A stretch of DNA of 64,000 bases from Spirochaetia bacterium. GTDB lineage: Bacteria > Spirochaetota > Spirochaetia > DSM-2461. Positions within the stretch are counted from its first letter, which is position 1, and each line of letters starts with the position of its first letter. The notes under the pieces are model-generated. The model was not told the origin of the DNA and did no database searches. It worked only from the letters and a program-made list of their open reading frames with translations. The stretch is from assembly GCA_963666985.2 (NCBI GenBank), contig CAXXIA010000002.1, positions 928,001-992,000 on the forward strand, read 5' to 3'. Below are positions 31,350 to 38,998 of the stretch, in pieces. The translations under genes and the position numbers were made by a program.

Positions 31350-31567
31350 GAAAACAGCCTCTATACTTTTAATTATGAGATTAATTGAGTTTTCAAAATG
31401 CCGCGAAAAAACATAAATTTCTTTTTCTTCACAGAAACTCTAAAAAAACAACGGGAGAAGTTGCTCATGCGGAAGGGATTGCAGCGGAAACGTCCTCCCG
31501 GCGTCCGGCGGAGCGGAGTAAGCCGGAAAAAAACGCCGGGAGAAGGACGCTGCAGCGAAAAGCCCGG

Positions 31568-31784
31568 TTCCTAAAAAGCCACGTAAAAGCCACGCCGCCC
31601 GGAAAAATGTCCGGGAGGGGTGACGGGAAGATAACGCGAGGGAGGAAATTCGGCCGGCCCCGGCGGAGGGATTAAGCCTGCCGCGCTCGGACGGCGTAAA
31701 GGAATCGAACCTGCGGTGAAGATTTGCGGACGGCCGAAAAGAGATGGTCCGGAACCGGGCGGCGGCTTTGCGGCTTTTTAGGAA
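31568..31784. repeat. 217-bp segment bounded by imperfect inverted repeats
   Basis: TTCCTAAAAAGCC (31568-31580) / GGCTTTTTAGGAA (31772-31784), plus inner CGCCGCCCGG (31593-31602) / CCGGGCGGCG (31755-31764). Confidence 0.45.
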
Positions 31785-31863
31785 TCCGCCCAATCAAATC
31801 GAACACAATGAAGAGGAAGAGGTTCCCTGATACGGGAAAGTCCCAATTCGGCTGTTTCGATTT

Positions 31864-32964
31864 TCAGAGGTTTTTGGACACGCGGACGATTTTCATGGCG
31901 GTGCAGAGAACCTTGTCGCCGATGTCGAACCGTTCGGTCGGATGGGTTTGGATTTTCAGTTCTCCCGCCGGTGTTTTCACAATGTATAGGAAATGCGCGC
32001 CCCGATATATTTTTTCAACCACGATGCCGGTGCGGCCGGCGGTGTTATTCGGGTTGAGGATGGAGGCGGCGGCGGTGTTTGCCGTGGAGGTATGATGTGC
32101 GTTGGGGATGGAACCTGTGGAGGTATTTTCGGCGCGGAGTACATCGGCGGGGATGGATTCATCACCGCTTAACTTTCGGATTGCGATGTCCTCGGGGCGG
32201 ATGATTGTAACCATGTCCTTGTCTTCTTCAATGATGTTGCCGGTTCCGACAAAGTGAGCCGTGAACAGGGAGTTGGGCTTCTCATAGATTTCTTCGGGCC
32301 GGCCTCTCTGCACGATGCGTCCGGCGTCCATGATGATGACTTCATCGGACATGGCGAGAGCTTCGGATTGATCGTGGGTAACGTGAACAACTGTTAGGCC
32401 GAGGCTGCGCTGTATCCGGCGGATTTCTTCCTGCATGTCTTCGCGGAGGCGGGCGTCCAGATTCGATAAGGGCTCGTCCAGAAGAAGAAGGTCGGGGTTC
32501 ATAATCAGGGCCCGTCCCAGAGCCACCCGCTGACGCTCGCCGCCGCTGAGTTCCCCGGGATACCTCTCCCCTTTTTCTTCCAGACGAATCAGAGAAAGAA
32601 TGCGGCGGCGCTCCCTGTAGAGAACATCGGGCCTTTCCCGCTTTACCCAGAGAGGATAGGAAATAATTTTATTAACAGTCATGTGCGGCCAAAGCGCATA
32701 ATTCTGAAACACGAAGCCGATGCGGCGCTTTTCCGGGGGAATATCCGTTTTTTCCGAAGAGGAGAATAATATCCGATCTCCGAGTCCGATAATGCCGCTT
32801 TCGGGGCGCCGAATCCCGGCGATGCCGGAAAGGAGAGTGCTTTTTCCGCAGCCGCTGGGACCGAGGATGGCCGTTAAGCGGCCGTCCGGAACTTCAAAAG
32901 AAACATCATCGACGGCGACATGAGGCCGGTAGGCCATGGTCAGATTTTCAATCGTGAGTCTCAT
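31864..32964 (-). CDS. ABC transporter ATP-binding protein (FbpC/PotA-like)
   Basis: GPSGCGKS, FQNYALWPHM, LSGGERQR, LLDEPLSNLD, VTHDQ, TOBE tail. Start near 32964. Confidence 0.9.
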   Translation of the reverse strand: MRLTIENLTMAYRPHVAVDDVSFEVPDGRLTAILGPSGCGKSTLLSGIAGIRRPESGIIGLGDRILFSSSEKTDIPPEKRRIGFVFQNYALWPHMTVNKIISYPLWVKRERPDVLYRERRRILSLIRLEEKGERYPGELSGGERQRVALGRALIMNPDLLLLDEPLSNLDARLREDMQEEIRRIQRSLGLTVVHVTHDQSEALAMSDEVIIMDAGRIVQRGRPEEIYEKPNSLFTAHFVGTGNIIEEDKDMVTIIRPEDIAIRKLSGDESIPADVLRAENTSTGSIPNAHHTSTANTAAASILNPNNTAGRTGIVVEKIYRGAHFLYIVKTPAGELKIQTHPTERFDIGDKVLCTAMKIVRVSKNL

Positions 32965-32966
32965 GA

Positions 32967-34628
32967 TCATCCCCTCCGGGCGGCCGAGGCGTTCCGGGTT
33001 AGTATTCGAGCGACTTTGTTCAGTCCCAGCGTAATAAGGACGATAACCACCGAGAGAGCGGAGGTCATTTCCAAACCGTATGATTGAGACTGCATTCCGA
33101 ACAAGAGAACGCCCAAGGTTTCCTGACCGGTCGAATAAAGCATCAGGGAGATGGGGATTTCCCTTAAGGCGATAAGGAAGCATAAAAGCCAGCCGGATTG
33201 AAGTCCCGGAAGAAGAACCCGGAACGTAACGTCCCGGAAGGCTTGGAATCCGTTTGCTCCGGAAAGACGGGCCATTTGAACCTGAGAAGGCGAGAGCCCC
33301 TTAACCAGACCGGAGACGTTTTTCATTACGATGGGCGTGAATAAAGCGATATAGGTAATGATGATTCCCCAGGATGTTCCGTAAAGCCGGAACGGCACCT
33401 TGTTCCACGCGAGGATGGCTCCCACGGCCAGTACGATATTGGGAAAGGCCATGGGCCAGCCGGCCGCCATTTCCAGCAAACGGGCGCTTTTTCGATTCGT
33501 CCCCTGAGAGAGAAGGACCACCCCGCCGCCGATCAGGCAGGCGGCGGTTGCTCCGACAACCCCGAAGCGAAAACTGTTCCAGAAGGCGCCGACGGACTTG
33601 GGGTTGCGGATAAGGAGCTCCCCATAGTTTCCGAATGTCAGGTATTCGGCCCGCAGGGGCAGCCCCCAACGCTTCAAAAAAGAAGAGACCAGAATAACGG
33701 CCGCGGGAAGAATCGAGGTTGCAGTGAGAAAAACCGCGACGGTCATTATAATGGGGATTTTAACCGATCCGAGGCGCACCCGGTTTCCGCCGGCCGAATG
33801 TGTTCCTTCCGTCTGGTAGGACTTTTTGCCGAGGATTCTCCCTTGAAAAAGAAAAATCGATGCCGAGAGAACGACAAGAAGCAGTGACAACGTCGCGGCC
33901 GTACGTGTATCCAGATTACTTAATGAGGAAAAAATCCGCGTTGTTAAAACCTGTTTTCGAACCGGAAGCGCCAATAGCGCCGGAATGGCGAAATTCGCCA
34001 TCGATCGGGAAAACACAAGAAGAGCGATGGAAAGAATACTCGGCAGGAGAGACGGGAACGTTATCGTCAGTGCCGCTTTCAAAGGCGATGCTCCGCTGAG
34101 AATCGCCGAATCTTCCATCATCGAATCATGTTTTTCCAAAGCGTTTTTCAGAGTCATGAACACAATAGGGTAAAGATGAATGCCGAGAACCAAAGCGGAC
34201 GCGAAAAGGGAATAATAGGGAACATTATAGACGGCCGTACCGAAGAGAGCGGTGAGAATCCTGTGAAGATAACCGTTGCGGCCGAGAAACTGCAGCCAGG
34301 CAAGAGCAAGAATATAAGGAGGAATGACGAACGTCAGAAAACTCAATTTTCCGACAATTCGTCCGCAGGGAAAATCGGTACGGACAACGAGCCATGCCAA
34401 AAATCCGCCTGAAATGAGCGCGAAAGCGGTCGCGCCGAGTGCCACGCGAAATGTATTGAAAACGGCGCGCCAAGTTCCGGAATCCTCAAACGGCTGAAGA
34501 AAACCGCTTATTCCGGCGGAACCCGGCGCGCCCGCAGCACCGAGGCTTTTCAGGAGAATGTTCAGAAAAGGATAGATAACGATAAAGGCGACGGCGGTAC
34601 CCAGGAGCCCCAAAACCCCCGGGTACAT
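32967..34628 (-). CDS. Fe3+/thiamine-type ABC permease (duplicated TM domains)
   Basis: RTDFP, IPPYI, EDSAILSGAS and MARLSGA EAA loops. Start uncertain (34628-34691). Confidence 0.88.
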   Translation of the reverse strand: MYPGVLGLLGTAVAFIVIYPFLNILLKSLGAAGAPGSAGISGFLQPFEDSGTWRAVFNTFRVALGATAFALISGGFLAWLVVRTDFPCGRIVGKLSFLTFVIPPYILALAWLQFLGRNGYLHRILTALFGTAVYNVPYYSLFASALVLGIHLYPIVFMTLKNALEKHDSMMEDSAILSGASPLKAALTITFPSLLPSILSIALLVFSRSMANFAIPALLALPVRKQVLTTRIFSSLSNLDTRTAATLSLLLVVLSASIFLFQGRILGKKSYQTEGTHSAGGNRVRLGSVKIPIIMTVAVFLTATSILPAAVILVSSFLKRWGLPLRAEYLTFGNYGELLIRNPKSVGAFWNSFRFGVVGATAACLIGGGVVLLSQGTNRKSARLLEMAAGWPMAFPNIVLAVGAILAWNKVPFRLYGTSWGIIITYIALFTPIVMKNVSGLVKGLSPSQVQMARLSGANGFQAFRDVTFRVLLPGLQSGWLLCFLIALREIPISLMLYSTGQETLGVLLFGMQSQSYGLEMTSALSVVIVLITLGLNKVARILTRNASAARRG

Positions 34629-34632
34629 TGTT

Positions 34633-35679
34633 TTATTCAAAGAGTGCCGCAAAACCTTCGCGGACAGCTTCCTGCCGCTCCGCCAATTCATGCCAATTCA
34701 CGCGATGAATATTCAGATTTTCCGGGATTCCGGGTGTTGCGGACGCCTCTTTCAGAACACTCACAAAACCGAATTGAGACATCAGATTCTGGGCTTTCGG
34801 AGAAATAAGGAAATCGACGAAGGCTTCGGCGACGGCCTGATTCGTCTCGGGCCGACTCTCATTCCGGCTGATGGCAACCGGACGCTGAATCGCGATGGCT
34901 CCTTCGGCGGGCCATGAGATGGCCAAAGGCGTGGGATATCCGTCTTTTTTCGCTTTTTTCTGCAGACGCAGCACCGCATCATGCGGGGCAATACCCGCTT
35001 CAAATTCGCCTTCCTGAATTTTATTCGGAACATCACTGTTCTTTTTCGTTAAGAATAATCCGTTGTCCGCCAGGGCTTTCTGTCCGTCCCAGTTCATTCC
35101 GTTCACATCCCAAAGGCCGCAGACCAGAGCCAGAGCGGTGGAAGACTGCGCCGGATCGGCATGGATGATTCCGCCTGAATATTGTTCATCGGCGAGATCG
35201 GAAAAGGCGCGAGGTACATCGTTTCCGCTCAGAAGATCTTTGTTGTAAATAATCACGCCATAACGTTCACCGACAAGCGTGAAGTTATCATCGGTTTGAT
35301 ACATATCTTTCAGAGCGGCTTCTCCCGCACTCCGGTATTCATCGAGTGCTCCGCGCTCATCCAAAGCAATATAAACAAGAGGATCCGATCCCCAGAAAAC
35401 GTCGGCCTGAATGCCTCCGGATTCCATTTCGGTCCATACGCGCTGTCTTAAGGGACCGCATCCCATTTGTACGAAATCCAGAACATCTCCATGCTCCTCT
35501 TCAAAAACATCTTCCAATTTTTGAAGCATGGCTTCCGGACCCGACAAATAAACGGTAATCCGTCCTTCCTCTCCCGCATAAGCCGCGGGAGATTCATTTC
35601 CTCCCCGAGCGAAAAGTGAAAAGACGGAAAGAAAGGCTAAAACGATGAGAAATAGGACTATTTTTGTTTTTCGAAACAT
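34633..35679 (-). CDS. ABC substrate-binding protein (FbpA/AfuA-like)
   Basis: Signal peptide ...SLFARGGNE; QADVFWG, ADPAQSSTA, WPAEG, FVDFLIS; GGAGA RBS. Confidence 0.85.
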   Translation of the reverse strand: MFRKTKIVLFLIVLAFLSVFSLFARGGNESPAAYAGEEGRITVYLSGPEAMLQKLEDVFEEEHGDVLDFVQMGCGPLRQRVWTEMESGGIQADVFWGSDPLVYIALDERGALDEYRSAGEAALKDMYQTDDNFTLVGERYGVIIYNKDLLSGNDVPRAFSDLADEQYSGGIIHADPAQSSTALALVCGLWDVNGMNWDGQKALADNGLFLTKKNSDVPNKIQEGEFEAGIAPHDAVLRLQKKAKKDGYPTPLAISWPAEGAIAIQRPVAISRNESRPETNQAVAEAFVDFLISPKAQNLMSQFGFVSVLKEASATPGIPENLNIHRVNWHELAERQEAVREGFAALFE

Positions 35680-35868
35680 AATGTCTCCCATTAAGTTAAT
35701 TTAATATTTTTCTGCTAACTTTATTTTTTAAGACTAATTAATAATGTCAGAAGAAACGATTCTTCGCAATATCTCTTTTCCGCCGCTTTCCGCCGCAGAG
35801 TTAAAAAGAATAACGGTTTTCGGGTGATTCACCCTTGATCGGTAAGCCGAATAGGAATAAACAGAATT

Positions 35869-37152
35869 ATGATTATTACAGGTCAGTTCAATGATTCTCT
35901 TCCGCCGATAATGGACGGCGTCGCGGTTGCGGCACGAAACTATGCCTATTGGCTCAATAAAAATCATGCGCCGAGTTTCGCCATCGGACCGAAAGTTCCC
36001 AAATACACTGATGAAGACGACTTCATTCTCCGATACCGGTCGCTGAAGAATCCTCTAACCGAACCTTACCGACTGGGCGTGCCGCGGGTGGACAGGAGCT
36101 TCAATAAGGCCATCGAATCCATTCCGTTCGATTTGATTCACGCCCATTGCCCTTTTATCAGCGGGAACTACGCGTACACATTGGCCCGGAAAAGGAATAT
36201 TCCTTTGGTCGCCACATTTCATTCCAAATACCGCGATGATTTCGCCAGCAAGATGGCTCTGAACATCACGATCGATCAGGCGGTAAACCTGGTGGTGAGA
36301 TTCTACGAACAGGCCTATGTCGTCTGGGTTCCGAACGAGGCGATTATCGAAACACTCAGGGAATACGGGTATCGGGGCCCCATTGAGTATATGCCCAACG
36401 GATCGGACCTGGAGCCGCCCGAAGGAGCGCAAAAGGAAAAGCTTGAGGAGAAAGGCCGCGCGCTTCTGGGAACATCCGGCGACCTTCCGGTGCTGCTTTT
36501 TGTCGGCCAGCATCGCTGGATTAAAAACTTGAAGAACCTTATCGATTCCCTGGCGGTTGCCAGAGCTCAGGGTTCCAAGTTCGAAATGCGCTTTATCGGA
36601 AACGGCCCGGACGCCGAAGAGATGGAAGAGCGTGTTACGAAACTGGGTTTGGAATCCTGCGTCCGCTTTGTCGGCCCGATTTACGATAGAGAAGATCTCA
36701 AAGCCGTGTACGCGGCCGGGGATTTGCTGACATTTCCATCACTCTACGATAATGCCTCATTGGTAACCCGCGAGGCCGCCGGTTTCGGGATTCCCACTCT
36801 TTTCTCCGAGGGAGCGACGACTGCGGCCGGGATTGTCGACGGCGTCAGCGGTTTTTTGGCAAAAGATTCGCCCGAAGCATACGGCGCTCGGATCTCGGCG
36901 ATTCTTCAAAGTCCCGAGACTCTCCCAAAAGTCGGCGCGGGCGCACGGGAGGTTCTTTACAAACCCTGGGAGAAAGTGGCCGAGAGCGTGTATGTCCGGT
37001 ATCGGGAAATCGTGGAAAAATACAAATGGGAGCAAATCGATAAAGTCAGATCGCGAGAGACCAAGGCGAGACGGCCTTTATCTAAAAAACGTTTGAAGGA
37101 AAAGAACCGGTATGGCGCTTCGGAGATTCCGAAACGCTTTGATGCCGGCTGA
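35869..37152 (+). CDS. GT4 glycosyltransferase (diacylglycerol glucosyltransferase-like)
   Basis: FNDSLPPIMDGV, IHAHCPF, TFHS, LFVGQ, FPSLYDNASLVTREAA. Confidence 0.88.
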   Translation: MIITGQFNDSLPPIMDGVAVAARNYAYWLNKNHAPSFAIGPKVPKYTDEDDFILRYRSLKNPLTEPYRLGVPRVDRSFNKAIESIPFDLIHAHCPFISGNYAYTLARKRNIPLVATFHSKYRDDFASKMALNITIDQAVNLVVRFYEQAYVVWVPNEAIIETLREYGYRGPIEYMPNGSDLEPPEGAQKEKLEEKGRALLGTSGDLPVLLFVGQHRWIKNLKNLIDSLAVARAQGSKFEMRFIGNGPDAEEMEERVTKLGLESCVRFVGPIYDREDLKAVYAAGDLLTFPSLYDNASLVTREAAGFGIPTLFSEGATTAAGIVDGVSGFLAKDSPEAYGARISAILQSPETLPKVGAGAREVLYKPWEKVAESVYVRYREIVEKYKWEQIDKVRSRETKARRPLSKKRLKEKNRYGASEIPKRFDAG

Positions 37153-37166
37153 TGTCCACCATAGTG

Positions 37167-37192
37167 TTCTTTGCGGACATGTCCGCAAAGAA
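37167..37192. terminator. Perfect 26-bp palindrome between convergent genes (possible bidirectional terminator)
   Basis: TTCTTTGCGGACATGTCCGCAAAGAA. Confidence 0.55.
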
Positions 37193-37219
37193 ACGTTACG
37201 TTTTCACAAGCCTCCGAGC

Positions 37220-38902
37220 TTAGCCGTTCGAGTGTACCCGAGTTACCTTCACGAACACATTGGTGCCGGTTTCATCGGTTTGTACGGCGCTTTTCTGATC
37301 TTCCGGGGCGAGTTTAAGCGTTTCTTCTTCATCCCGATGGTAGATTTCCCAGCCTCCGCCGTAATCCATGAAGTAGCGCGCGAAGTTCCGGCTGTGCACG
37401 TTGGTGTAGATGAACTGACCGCCTACTTTGGTAAGATTTATCATGAAGTCGATGAACTTACGGCAGATGCGGTCCTTGAAGTAGTCGAACATTCCGGCGC
37501 AGTAGGTAAGATCGTAGCTTTGCGGAGCCAGTTCCGGAACCTTGCCGACGAGAATGTTGATGATATTGAAGTTTAAAAGCTCAATTTCGACATTCGGATT
37601 CTGCCAAGGCAGGACTCTTTCGTAGAAATCGGCAAGCGCGTGCGCGTCCTGATCAATCAAGGAAATATGCAGCGGCTTGTCAAACTCGTTTTCACGAAGC
37701 AGTCTGAGAATCTCTTCCGCCGGACCGGAGCCCAGACTCAACACCCGGATGCCGTTCTCGGACGTTTTGTAAGTCTCGACAATCTGATCGTAAAGATAAG
37801 CAATACGATTTACGTGTGCCGTAACGGCTTCAAGAGACATGATGAATCCGTTCATCAGCTTGCCGAAAAGGGAAGCTCCCGTGAAAGGATCGTTAAAGAA
37901 CTGCTTTACCGTCTCGAAATCACCAAGGTAGCCGTGCAGTTTGTCCATAATCGAACTGGACAAAGGAGAACGCCTGATGAACGGCTCAAGTCTGCCGCGA
38001 AGAAGTCGTTTATGAACGGCCACCTGATCCGGCTCGATGAGAGGCGCGAGAGTATTCAGTTTGGAAATGAAGATGCGCATCTGATCGGCGAAGGCGGGAA
38101 AAATCTCTTCAAGGTAGTGGTGCTGGTCTTCGGCACTCAGCAGCAGGCCTTTCGCTTCCTCGCGGCCGAGGACATCCTCAACCATCTCCAGATACATGTG
38201 CCAGTCGAAAATCAGAGCCTTGTACTCGGGCTTGATGCCGGAATACGCATCGAAGACTTTACGCTTTTCTTCGATAATCGCCCCGGTGTACATCGCTTTC
38301 TCGGTAACCGATATGGAACGCAGTTCCAGGAAATTGTCGATGAATTCCACGACGATTTCGGATGACTTTTCCTCGGAACGCAGAATACAGGCTTCTCCAT
38401 CGTAAAGCCGGCGGGGACCGGAACCGATGGCGAGGCGAATCGTATCGCCCACCACGGCGGAAATCGGTTCGGTCAGGTTGAGCCGGGCGGAACGAATATT
38501 GTAATCACCGACCTTCCCGTATCCGATTCGGCCGTCGATGGTCAGACTGACGTCCAGATCGAGCGACGGCTTATGGCGGGGAAGACGAACACGTCCGGTA
38601 ATGGTGTTGTCGAACCGTTTGGATTTAAACGAAACACCGATTCGGTCACGGCGTGCGTCAAAACCGCTTCTGTGCCGAACAACTCCGGCCGCGTGAATAA
38701 TTTCCTGGGCTTCGCCGTTCACAATCGAGATGTCGGGAAGGCCCACGTTCACGCTGAAACGATTGTCATCCTTGTCACAGGCAAAAGAAAATCCGTTCGC
38801 GGAAATCTCCACAACTTCGAATTGAGGCTCCATATCATCCAAAAGACAGTAGGTATCCTCGCGGGTGGTTCTCTGGTTTATTCGCTTGTTTCGTGTTAGC
38901 AT
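37220..38902 (-). CDS. PilZ-like domain(s) plus class I SAM methyltransferase; PhcB-like (3-hydroxy fatty acid methyl ester synthase family)
   Basis: N-terminal RINQR...EISANG (PilZ RxxxR / [DNE]xSxxG). C-terminal KLHGYLGDFE, SLFGK, AHVNRI, VLSLGSGPAEE, YDLTYCAGMFDY, WEIYHR, DETGTN. Start moved to ATG 38902 (AGGA RBS). Confidence 0.75.
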   Translation of the reverse strand: MLTRNKRINQRTTREDTYCLLDDMEPQFEVVEISANGFSFACDKDDNRFSVNVGLPDISIVNGEAQEIIHAAGVVRHRSGFDARRDRIGVSFKSKRFDNTITGRVRLPRHKPSLDLDVSLTIDGRIGYGKVGDYNIRSARLNLTEPISAVVGDTIRLAIGSGPRRLYDGEACILRSEEKSSEIVVEFIDNFLELRSISVTEKAMYTGAIIEEKRKVFDAYSGIKPEYKALIFDWHMYLEMVEDVLGREEAKGLLLSAEDQHHYLEEIFPAFADQMRIFISKLNTLAPLIEPDQVAVHKRLLRGRLEPFIRRSPLSSSIMDKLHGYLGDFETVKQFFNDPFTGASLFGKLMNGFIMSLEAVTAHVNRIAYLYDQIVETYKTSENGIRVLSLGSGPAEEILRLLRENEFDKPLHISLIDQDAHALADFYERVLPWQNPNVEIELLNFNIINILVGKVPELAPQSYDLTYCAGMFDYFKDRICRKFIDFMINLTKVGGQFIYTNVHSRNFARYFMDYGGGWEIYHRDEEETLKLAPEDQKSAVQTDETGTNVFVKVTRVHSNG

Positions 38903-38998
38903 CGTTATTCCTGACCGAAAACTTTTTAATTCAGCATCCATCTGGGCAAATTTTGTCCGCATTCCTGCCGATATAGAAAATATTACACTGAGAAACCT

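Noticed and set aside
31685..31760. tRNA on the minus strand (GGTTCGATTCC T-loop match near 31701-31711)
   Set aside because: The T-stem is only 3 bp and no acceptor, D or anticodon arms can be built.
31740..31800. c-di-GMP-I riboswitch upstream of the sensor operon (CGCAAAGCC on the minus strand)
   Set aside because: The P2 GGCAAAC...GNRA elements are absent; the match is better explained as part of the inverted repeat.
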